Below are positions 18,244 to 27,336 of a stretch of 64,000 bases of DNA, one piece after another (the stretch's first letter is position 1; each line of letters starts with the position of its first letter). The DNA is from Verrucomicrobiota bacterium (GTDB taxonomy: Bacteria; Verrucomicrobiota; Verrucomicrobiia; Opitutales; Opitutaceae). The notes under the pieces were generated by a model that had not been told where the DNA came from, did not search any database, and saw only the letters and a list, made by a program, of their open reading frames with translations. A program made the position numbers and the translations under genes. Location of the stretch: NCBI GenBank assembly GCA_048498955.1, contig JBEHWZ010000015.1:23437-87436 (forward strand). The letters are read 5' to 3'.

Positions 18244-18672
18244 ATGTACGCCCAGGATTACGCGCGGGCTTACCGCGCCAATGCGATCCTCACCGCCAGC
18301 CCGGGGCAGTTGGTCCTGATGCTTTTCGACGGCGCCCTCAAGGCGCTGGCGATCGCGCGGACCGCCTGCGACGATCCGGCCCAGGATCCGCGCCGCTTCG
18401 AGATCATCAACACCCAGCTGGTCAAGGCGCAGAAGATCATCGCCGAGTTGCAGGGGACCTTGAACCTCGAGGCCGGCGGCGAATTCGCCCAGACGATGTA
18501 CCGGCTCTACGATTATTACGACCGCCGCCTCATGGAGGCCAATATGAAGAAGCAAAGCGCCCCGATCGCCGAGGTCGAGCGTCTGCTCGGGGATGTCCGC
18601 GGCGCTTGGGCGGAAATGCTCAACGACAAGGACAAGGCCGCCGCCACGCCAGCCTTGCACCAGGTAGCCTGA
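18244..18672 (+). CDS. fliS: Flagellin export chaperone FliS
   Basis: AYRANAILTASPGQLVLMLFDGA; IIAELQGTLNLEAGGEFAQTMYRLYDY; AWAEM. Confidence 0.95.
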   Translation: MYAQDYARAYRANAILTASPGQLVLMLFDGALKALAIARTACDDPAQDPRRFEIINTQLVKAQKIIAELQGTLNLEAGGEFAQTMYRLYDYYDRRLMEANMKKQSAPIAEVERLLGDVRGAWAEMLNDKDKAAATPALHQVA

Positions 18673-18673
18673 G

Positions 18674-19042
18674 ATGGACTCTTCCCCCGTAGCCACCGCC
18701 GCCCGCCTGCTGGATGCGTTCGATGAACTCATCACGCAGGAGAACATCCTGATCCGCACGATGGATTTTGTCGAAGCGGTGCAGGTGCGCGAGCGGGCCG
18801 AGCCCATCGTGGCCAAGCTGTGTGAGCTCGCCTCCGAGCCGGTGGCGGTCGCCCTGCGCTCGCGCCTCGATGTTTTGCTCGGTCGCTGCGACCAGAATTA
18901 CCGCCTGCTGGAAGCCCATCTGGCCAAGGCGCAGGAAGAGCTGGCCCGGCTCAGCCAGGCGCGCGGCCGTTTGCGCACCTTTGTGCCGGCGTACCGGACG
19001 GGCGCCGCCCGGATCGAATCGCGGTTGAACACCGCGGCTTGA
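18674..19042 (+). CDS. FlgN/FliT-like helical export chaperone (tentative)
   Basis: 122-aa all-helical ORF coupled to fliS; ends ...PAY..., as in FlgN. Confidence 0.5.
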   Translation: MDSSPVATAARLLDAFDELITQENILIRTMDFVEAVQVRERAEPIVAKLCELASEPVAVALRSRLDVLLGRCDQNYRLLEAHLAKAQEELARLSQARGRLRTFVPAYRTGAARIESRLNTAA

Positions 19043-19138
19043 GCGCGCAACGCGCGGATTTGTCCTGTTCCAGCCTGCTGGCTGGCCGGGATCCGTCCGA
19101 CGTTCTTGGGCGCCGTTGCGCCCAAAACGACGGCGGAA

Positions 19139-19240
19139 GATCTCAGATTTGAGATTTCAGAGGTTTCGGGCCTGTTTGCATAGGAGCATTGGCGCTGGCC
19201 GTTGGTTCGACCTGAAATCTCAAATTTCAAATCTGAGATC
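19139..19240. repeat. Inverted 7-bp-period array pair (AGATTT/AAATCT family)
   Basis: CAGATTT GAGATTT CAGAGGT ... GAAATCT CAAATTT CAAATCT GAGATC; outer 14 bp perfectly inverted. Confidence 0.85.
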
Positions 19241-19267
19241 CCCAGGCCGATCCAAGTCCTGAAAATT

Positions 19268-19302
19268 AAAAAGCACCGGAAATTCCGGTGCTTTGTTTTT
19301 TT
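19268..19302. terminator. Bidirectional intrinsic terminator
   Basis: aaaaagcaccgg-aaatt-ccggtgctttgttttttt between convergent genes. Confidence 0.85.
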
Positions 19303-19344
19303 GGAGCCCGGCTTGGACCAGCCGGGATAAAGGGGATTCGCCGA

Positions 19345-19788
19345 TCAAACCGCAGCGACCGCGGCTTCCTCGTGCACCTCAGCGGCGGCAATCGCGGCTT
19401 CGGCTTCGACGTCGGTCTCGATGCTCGGCGGAAGCACGACAGCCGGCGGGCCGGCCATCCAGGTGGCGGCCACGCGGCGCGCTTCGCTTTTCCAATCGCA
19501 GCCGGGCTTGGCGAAAATCGACTTGTTGACGGTGGCTTCGCTGCCAGTCCAGCTCAGCTGGGCCTTCAGGCAGGCGGCGCCGTCAGCGAGCTTGAAACCC
19601 TGCAGCATCACTCCGCCGCGGATTTTACGCAGTCCGTCGGGCATTTTCACCCCGAGCTGCACGCGGGCGAGGCCGGTGCGGTAGTTGACCGCGCGCTCAT
19701 TCTGCCAGGAACCGTCTTCCGGGGCGGGGTCGTCCGCCAGCAGGGCACGTTCAAAATCAGAGAGAAAGGAAAGTAGGCGGGAGTGCAT
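19345..19788 (-). CDS. Hypothetical protein (147 aa), sigma28-controlled
   Basis: ATG at 19788 (MHSRLLSFLSDFERALL); coding-like composition; own promoter and terminator. Confidence 0.75.
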   Translation of the reverse strand: MHSRLLSFLSDFERALLADDPAPEDGSWQNERAVNYRTGLARVQLGVKMPDGLRKIRGGVMLQGFKLADGAACLKAQLSWTGSEATVNKSIFAKPGCDWKSEARRVAATWMAGPPAVVLPPSIETDVEAEAAIAAAEVHEEAAVAAV

Positions 19789-19829
19789 AGGCGAATTGCC
19801 GGGGGATAGGTGTGTTCTTGCAGCCATGG

Positions 19830-19856
19830 GTATCGGCCGAACTTTAGCCCGCTTTA
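19830..19856 (-). promoter_or_regulatory. sigma28 promoter
   Basis: TAAA-N15-GCCGATAC. Confidence 0.8.
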
Positions 19857-19936
19857 GAAAAATATTTTCATTAGGGTGTTAAAAGACGTTGAACCAAGCG
19901 TTTCCGGCCCATACCTCTATCCCCCCACCGAACCGC

Positions 19937-21403
<1,467 letters not shown>

Positions 21404-21421
21404 CGGCCCGCCGACGGGCCG

Positions 21422-21458
21422 GAACGTCGAACGTTCAACTTCGAACGTTCAACGTTCA
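21422..21458. repeat. 7-bp-period array (GAACGTT family), single arm
   Basis: GAACGTC GAACGTT CAACTTC GAACGTT CAACGTT. Confidence 0.8.
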
Positions 21459-21594
21459 CGGCGAAGGCTTTGTCAGGATTGCGTAACTTCGCCTTAAGGT
21501 GCTGTTTATTGGGACGTTGAGTGTGGTGGATTGAGGGTTGGCAGGCCGCTCGTGGTTCACGGCGGCCCTGGGCAGAATTCCTCAAAAATGTGCG

Positions 21595-21621
21595 TAAAGT
21601 CCTGCAGGAACGGGCCGATTA
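21595..21621 (+). promoter_or_regulatory. sigma28 promoter of cheX operon
   Basis: TAAA-N15-GCCGATTA. Confidence 0.8.
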
Positions 21622-21657
21622 GGGGAGAGCGATTATTTTCGCCAACCTCCGCACGCC

Positions 21658-22197
21658 ATGCCTGCTGCCACCTCCGAAATCTCCGAAGCCCTGATCCGCC
21701 ATAATATCAACCGCGCGGTCTGCGACGTTTTCAAAACGATGCTGCACCGTACCGCGTCCCTCGGCTCTGCCTTCAGCCCGGGCAGTGCTGATCCGCATCC
21801 GTCCGGCCTGCCGGGCGACCAGGCGGCCACGAACCCGCAAGTGGTCGGCACCGTGGGCTTCCTCGGCGAGGCCAACGGCCTCATCTATCTTTATTTCGAC
21901 GGCAACTTCGCGCGCAGCTGCACCGGCCACCTGCTCGGCATGACCGACGCCGAGGTCGACGAGGCCGGCGAGGAAGTGATCAACGACGCCATCGGCGAGA
22001 TCACCAACATGACCGTCGGCAGCTTCAAGAACGGTTTGGCCGACCAGGGCTACCCCTGCAAGCTGACCATCCCGTCCATCCTGCGCGGACGCAATTTCTG
22101 CGTCGAACCCATCAGCGATTCGCAGCGCTTCATCTACGTTTTCGAAACCGAGGGGCAGAAGCTCATTGCCGACATCCTCCTCAAGACCGGCGAATAA
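21658..22197 (+). CDS. cheX: CheX-family chemotaxis phosphatase
   Basis: VVGTVGFLGEANG, DAIGEITNMTVG (ExxN), LTIPSIL. Confidence 0.85.
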   Translation: MPAATSEISEALIRHNINRAVCDVFKTMLHRTASLGSAFSPGSADPHPSGLPGDQAATNPQVVGTVGFLGEANGLIYLYFDGNFARSCTGHLLGMTDAEVDEAGEEVINDAIGEITNMTVGSFKNGLADQGYPCKLTIPSILRGRNFCVEPISDSQRFIYVFETEGQKLIADILLKTGE

Positions 22198-22215
22198 TTT
22201 TTCCCACTGTCTCCC

Positions 22216-23370
22216 ATGCGTAACAAGATCCTCACCGTCGACGATTCCAAGACCGTCCGCATCATCGTGCGGAAAACTTTCAAGAGCTACGACTGCGAAA
22301 TCCTCGAGGCCGGCAACGGCGTGGAAGGTCTCGCCCTCGCGGCCAAGTCCATGCCGGACTTGATCCTCCTCGACGTCACCATGCCCGTCATGGACGGCGT
22401 CGAAATGCTCACGAAGCTCAAGGCCGATCCCCAGCTCAAGGGCATCCCGGTCATGATGCTTACCGCGGAAGGCGGTCGTGACCACGTGCTCAAGATCGCC
22501 AAGATCGGCGTGCGCGACTACATCGTGAAGCCGTTCGAGGAGGACGTCCTCATCGAGAAGGCCGGCCGCATCATCGATCTCAAGCCGCTGACCGACGGTC
22601 CGGCTAAGGCCCGCTCGCTCACCGATCCGGCCACGATCCTCGTCGTCGAGGACAAGCCCGCGATCATCCAGCAGATCCAGGAAGGCCTGAAGCACACGCC
22701 GTGGAAGGTCATCGGCGCCGCCACCCAGGGCGAAGCCATCGATTTCTGCTCCAAGACGCCGCCCGACGTGGCGATCGTCAGCCTCTCGCTGCCCGAGGAA
22801 TCCGCCTTCGCGCTCTTCCGCGTGCTCCGCACGAACGTGAAGACGAAGTACACGCCGGTCTTCGGCCTCGTCGTCAAGACCGAGACCGCCACCGTGCAGC
22901 AGGCGCAGACCGTCGGCTTCACGACCGTCATCACCAAGCCGATCGACATGGCCGACCTCGAGTCGCGCATCGCGAAGGCCATGAATCTCGACACCTCGAC
23001 CCGCTATTTCACGATCGAGGACGGCTGCTTCATGCTGAAGATGCCGGAGAACTGCACGCCAGCCGTGCTGGCCGAGATTTCCACCTACCTGAAGCCCAAG
23101 CTCACCGAGGCGGTCGATGCCGGCCACAACAAGGCCATCATCAACGTCCAGGCCCTGAAGTCGCTCCACATGGGCGTCATCAAGCAGCTCGTGACCGCGA
23201 TGCAGATGTGCAAGGACACCGGCGTGAACTTCGTGCTCGTCGGCAACAACCAGCTGATGACCGAGTGCAAGGGCTTCGAGGAAACCCGCAACTGGAGCTT
23301 CCACGAGACCGTGGAAGAGGCCAAGGCGAGCTTCGCGAAGAACCCCGCCCCGGCGCTGGCTCCGGCTTAA
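22216..23370 (+). CDS. Response regulator: REC + pseudo-REC + STAS-like domain
   Basis: ILTVDDS...LLDVTMP...KPF; second REC has VAIVSLSLP (no acceptor Asp); C-terminal beta/alpha STAS-like pattern. Confidence 0.8.
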   Translation: MRNKILTVDDSKTVRIIVRKTFKSYDCEILEAGNGVEGLALAAKSMPDLILLDVTMPVMDGVEMLTKLKADPQLKGIPVMMLTAEGGRDHVLKIAKIGVRDYIVKPFEEDVLIEKAGRIIDLKPLTDGPAKARSLTDPATILVVEDKPAIIQQIQEGLKHTPWKVIGAATQGEAIDFCSKTPPDVAIVSLSLPEESAFALFRVLRTNVKTKYTPVFGLVVKTETATVQQAQTVGFTTVITKPIDMADLESRIAKAMNLDTSTRYFTIEDGCFMLKMPENCTPAVLAEISTYLKPKLTEAVDAGHNKAIINVQALKSLHMGVIKQLVTAMQMCKDTGVNFVLVGNNQLMTECKGFEETRNWSFHETVEEAKASFAKNPAPALAPA

Positions 23371-23383
23371 GTGGCGCAACGCC

Positions 23384-23447
23384 ACGATTTCAAATTTCAG
23401 ATCTGAGATTTGAGATCGAAGGCAGGGATCCGAAATCTCAAATTCCC
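23384..23447. repeat. 7-bp-period array pair (AGATTT family)
   Basis: CAAATTT CAGATCT GAGATTT GAGATCG ... GAAATCT CAAATTC. Confidence 0.75.
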
Positions 23448-23476
23448 AAGGCTCGGCTCATCGCCGGGCCTTTTTT
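23448..23476 (+). terminator. Intrinsic terminator
   Basis: aaggctcggc-tcatc-gccgggcc followed by tttttt. Confidence 0.8.
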
Positions 23477-23514
23477 ATTGGCGGATGGGGTGACGGCGCA
23501 AAGCGCCGTTTAAA

Positions 23515-26500
23515 TCACTTCCGCAGGCACCGCTGCAGCGCGGTCGCCAGCTCGTCGTAGCTCGGCGGCTTGCCCAGCACTTCGCGTACACCGAGGGCGC
23601 GCAGCGCTTCCTGTTTGCCGGGGGCGAGGAAGCCGGAGAGCAACAGGATCGGCAGGTCGGGACGGCGCGCGAGGGCCTGCCGGGCGAGCACGTCGCCGGT
23701 CATGCCGGGCATGGCGAGATCGGTGACGAGCATGGCGTAGTCGCCGTGCGCGAGGAGCTCGAGTGCAGCCGCGGGATTGTCGCTGTAAGTGGTCTGGTAG
23801 CCCAGGCGCTCGATCACCATCGAGATCACCTGGCCGCTGTTCGGCTCGTCGTCGACGACGAGGACATGTTCGCCCCGGCCGCGCACCACGGTCTGCTGGG
23901 ATGAAGGCGCGGCGGGTTCGGCGTCGGGCAGGGCGGGGAGGAAGACTTCAAACAGCGAGCCGGCGCCCAGCTGGCTGTGCACCGCGATCGCGCCGCCGTG
24001 CGCGGCCACGATGCTGTGCACCACGGCCAGGCCGAGGCCGGTGCCCTTGCCGGAGTCCTTCGTCGTGAAAAAGGGCTCGAAGATGCGTTCCTGCGTCGCG
24101 GGCTCCATGCCGCGGCCGTTGTCCTCGACGGACAGCACCACGTAGTCGCCGGCGGTCAGCGGCATGAGCTTTTCCGCCTCGGGGGCGGTGAGCGTGCGGC
24201 GGGCCAGGCCGACCACGATGCGGCCGCCGGTTTCGGGCAGCGCGTGCCAGGCGTTGGTGCACAGGTTGAGAATGACCTGGTGGATCTGCGTGCCGTCCGC
24301 CAGCACCGGCGGGCAGGCCGGGTCGATGAACGGCTCGATCCGCACCATCGCGGGAATGGTCGAGCGCAACAGGCCGATGGTCTCGCTGGTCACCTGCTGC
24401 AGGCGCAGCGAGTGGCGGGTGCTCTCGGCCTTGCGGCTGAAGGTGAGGATTTGCTGCACCAGATTCTTGGCGCGCACGCCGGAAGAGAGGATGCCTGCCA
24501 TCCAGGCCCGGGCGGGATGCTCCGCGTCGAGGTCCTCGAGCGCCAGTTGGGCGTGGCCGAGAATGCCGGTGAGGATGTTGTTGAAGTCGTGCGCGATGCC
24601 GCCGGCGAGCGTGCCGAGCGATTCCATCTTCTGCGCCTGCCGCAGCTGGGCCTCGCTCCGCTGCAGGTCCTCGGCTGTCTTCAGCTGCAGGGTGATGTCG
24701 CGGATCGCGGTGACGATGCGAACTTCGCCGCCGGATTTCAGCGGGGTCAGGCTGACGTCGATCGGGAAAGTGCGTCCGTCCTTGGCGCGCGCGATGAGGG
24801 TGGGCGAGGCCTTGCCCATGGAGATCGGGACGGGGTTCTCGAAGTAACGCCGCGAGCGTTCCCGCAAACTGGCACGCGCCTCCTCGGGAAAGAGGAAGCT
24901 CCAGTCGCGTCCGATGATCTCGGCGCGCTGGTAGCCGAAGAGCGCGAGCATGCGCTCGTTGACATCCGTGATGGCTCCGGCGCTGTCGGCAATGAAGGAG
25001 GCGTCCGGCGAGAAGGCGAAGAGATCGTGGAAGAGCTGCTCGGCGCGCTTCAGGTTGGTGATGTCGATGATCGAGTTCAGCAGACACGGCTGGCCGTGCA
25101 GCGTGATCTGCGAGGAGTTGAACAACACGTGCACCAGACGGCCGTCGGCGCCGCGCATCGTGGTCTCCAGGTCGCGCACCCAGCCGCGAGTCTGCAGCAG
25201 CCGAATCAGGGTCTCGCGCTCTGCCGGGTCGGGCCAGGCGCCGAGCTCGAGGCTGGTCTTGCCCAGCACTTCCTCGCGCTTGTAGCCGAAGGTTTCCATC
25301 GCGGCCTTGTTGACCTCGCGGATTTTCCCGCCGGCGGCGTCGAGCAGGATGATCGGGATCGGGCTTTCGTCGAAGAGGCCCTTGAATTGCTGCTCGCTGT
25401 CCCGCAGCGCCGTCTCGGCCGCCTTGCGTGCGGAAATGTCCTGGATGGTATTGAGGCTGTACTGCCGGCCGCCGATCGACACGAGGCTGCCGCTGTAGAG
25501 CGCGGTGAAGATCTCTCCGTCTCGCCGGCGCATCCGCGCCTCGAAGGTAGGGGCGTGGCCTTCCGCTCGCAGCGTGTCGAGGTAGCGTTCCCGGTCGCCG
25601 GCGTCGGCCCACAGGCCGAGATCGACCGACGTGCGCCCGCGGAGCTCCGCGAACTTGTACCCGAAGGTCGCCTCTGCCGCGGCGTTGACCTCGACAATCC
25701 TTCCTTCGGGCACGCTGAGCAGCGCGATGGTGAACGGGCTCTTGTCGAAAACGCTCCGGAAGCGCTCCTCGCTTTCGCGCAGCGCCATCTGGCTCGCGCG
25801 GCGCTCGGAAATGTTGGTGAGGAAGCAGCGGAATTCCACCACGCGCCGGTCCGGTGCGCGCACGATCTGGGTGACCTGTTCGAGCCAGATTTTTTCGCCG
25901 CTCTTCGTCACCGCCCGGAATTCCACCGTGTCGCTGGTCGCGGGACTGTCGGCCCACTGGATGTACCGGGCGACCAGCCGCTGGCGGTCCTCCGCAGCCA
26001 CCAAACGGAAAGAGGACGTGCCGCGCAATTCCTCGGCGGTGAAGCCGGAAATCAGGCTCATGGCCGGATTGCTGTAGGTAAAGAGGCTGCGGGCATCGGC
26101 GATGTAGAAGCCCTGGTTGATGTTTTCCACCAGCTCGCGGAAATGCCGTTCGCTCGCGCGGAGCGCCTCCTCGCTGGCGCGGCGGGCGGAGATGTCGCGC
26201 AGGGTGTTGTGGGCCTCGATCACGCGGCCGGCGTCGTCGCGGATGAAGCGTGTGCTCTGCTCGACCCAGAGCATCTTGCCCTCGCGGGCCAGCACGCGGA
26301 ATTCGCACATCGCCTCGCTGACCGCGGGATCGGCCGCCCAGACGGCCACCTTGCGCATTACCTCCAGGCGGTCCTCGCGGACGATGTGGCGGAAGCAGAT
26401 GGTGCCGAGCAGGTCCTCCGGCTTGTAGTCGCCGATGGCGCACATCGCCGGGTTGCAATAGGTGAAACGATTGCGGGCGTCGGCGACGTAGATGCCCTGG

Positions 26501-26616
26501 TTGAGCGTCTCGACGAGCGAGCGGTAAAGCTGGTCGCCATAACGCCGGGCGGGCTGCCGCCGCTCTTCCTTTGCGGGAGGCGTTTCTTCTTCAGGGAGGG
26601 AGCCGGGCCGGTCCAT
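23515..26616 (-). CDS. Cytoplasmic multi-PAS hybrid sensor histidine kinase
   Basis: Five PAS/PAC repeats, LAGGIAHDFNNIL H-box, NLCTNAWHA, DNGRGM, GKGTGLGL, C-terminal REC; start placed at 26616. Confidence 0.92.
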   Translation of the reverse strand: MDRPGSLPEEETPPAKEERRQPARRYGDQLYRSLVETLNQGIYVADARNRFTYCNPAMCAIGDYKPEDLLGTICFRHIVREDRLEVMRKVAVWAADPAVSEAMCEFRVLAREGKMLWVEQSTRFIRDDAGRVIEAHNTLRDISARRASEEALRASERHFRELVENINQGFYIADARSLFTYSNPAMSLISGFTAEELRGTSSFRLVAAEDRQRLVARYIQWADSPATSDTVEFRAVTKSGEKIWLEQVTQIVRAPDRRVVEFRCFLTNISERRASQMALRESEERFRSVFDKSPFTIALLSVPEGRIVEVNAAAEATFGYKFAELRGRTSVDLGLWADAGDRERYLDTLRAEGHAPTFEARMRRRDGEIFTALYSGSLVSIGGRQYSLNTIQDISARKAAETALRDSEQQFKGLFDESPIPIILLDAAGGKIREVNKAAMETFGYKREEVLGKTSLELGAWPDPAERETLIRLLQTRGWVRDLETTMRGADGRLVHVLFNSSQITLHGQPCLLNSIIDITNLKRAEQLFHDLFAFSPDASFIADSAGAITDVNERMLALFGYQRAEIIGRDWSFLFPEEARASLRERSRRYFENPVPISMGKASPTLIARAKDGRTFPIDVSLTPLKSGGEVRIVTAIRDITLQLKTAEDLQRSEAQLRQAQKMESLGTLAGGIAHDFNNILTGILGHAQLALEDLDAEHPARAWMAGILSSGVRAKNLVQQILTFSRKAESTRHSLRLQQVTSETIGLLRSTIPAMVRIEPFIDPACPPVLADGTQIHQVILNLCTNAWHALPETGGRIVVGLARRTLTAPEAEKLMPLTAGDYVVLSVEDNGRGMEPATQERIFEPFFTTKDSGKGTGLGLAVVHSIVAAHGGAIAVHSQLGAGSLFEVFLPALPDAEPAAPSSQQTVVRGRGEHVLVVDDEPNSGQVISMVIERLGYQTTYSDNPAAALELLAHGDYAMLVTDLAMPGMTGDVLARQALARRPDLPILLLSGFLAPGKQEALRALGVREVLGKPPSYDELATALQRCLRK

Positions 26617-26672
26617 GTGTGCGGCGTGCAGTTCAGCGCATGGCGCCAAACGTGTCGAGAATCGCGTTGTCC

Positions 26673-26709
26673 AAAAACAAGGCAGGCCGCCCCGGGAAGG
26701 GCGGCCTGC
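26673..26709 (-). terminator. Intrinsic terminator after cheW
   Basis: gcaggccgccc/gggcggcctgc stem followed on the minus strand by cttgttttt. Confidence 0.7.
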
Positions 26710-26725
26710 GTGGTTTAAAAAGGAC

Positions 26726-27220
26726 TTAAATCGCCGCGGCGATCTGCTGCACGGCGTCGGGCGCGACGACCTTGTCAATGTCGAGCAACGTCTTCACCTG
26801 GCCCTTCACCTTGGCGAGGCCGAGGAGATAGGAGGTGTCGACCTTGGTGCCGAACTCCGGCGTCGGCTCGATTTCCTGGTCGGTGAGGTGGATGACCTCC
26901 TCGACGCAGTCCACGATCAGGCCCATCTGGACGATCTGGCCGGAGGCGGGACGAACCTGGACGACGACGATGCAGGTGCGCTCGGTGAAGGCGGCCTCGA
27001 GGCCGAACTTCACGCGCAGGTCGACGATCGGGATGACGCGACCGCGGAGGTTGATGACGCCCTTGACGTAGGCGGGCATCTGGGGAACGGGCGTGATCTT
27101 CAGCATCCGGATGATTTCGCGGACTTTGAGGACCGCGATGCCGTAAGCTTCGTTGGCGAGGCCAACGGTCAGGTATTTACCGGTAAAAGTGGAGGGGGTC
27201 TGGGCCGTTGTAGTGCTCAT
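26726..27220 (-). CDS. cheW: CheW coupling protein
   Basis: YGIAVLKVREII, ITPVPQMPAYVKGVINLRGRVIPIVDLR. Confidence 0.96.
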   Translation of the reverse strand: MSTTTAQTPSTFTGKYLTVGLANEAYGIAVLKVREIIRMLKITPVPQMPAYVKGVINLRGRVIPIVDLRVKFGLEAAFTERTCIVVVQVRPASGQIVQMGLIVDCVEEVIHLTDQEIEPTPEFGTKVDTSYLLGLAKVKGQVKTLLDIDKVVAPDAVQQIAAAI

Positions 27221-27234
27221 GCTGGATAACAGGG

Positions 27235-27261
27235 GTATCGGCTGGCTGGAGCGTCACTTAA
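27235..27261 (-). promoter_or_regulatory. sigma28 promoter of cheW
   Basis: TTAA-N15-GCCGATAC. Confidence 0.75.
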
Positions 27262-27285
27262 GGGAAAAATCACCGCCGATTGCCT

Positions 27286-27312
27286 TAAAGAGCGCCCTGC
27301 GGAAGCCGATAA
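27286..27312 (+). promoter_or_regulatory. sigma28 promoter of cheA
   Basis: TAAA-N15-GCCGATAA, exact consensus. Confidence 0.88.
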
Positions 27313-27336
27313 TGGGAGACACCTTTTCCCGGTTTC

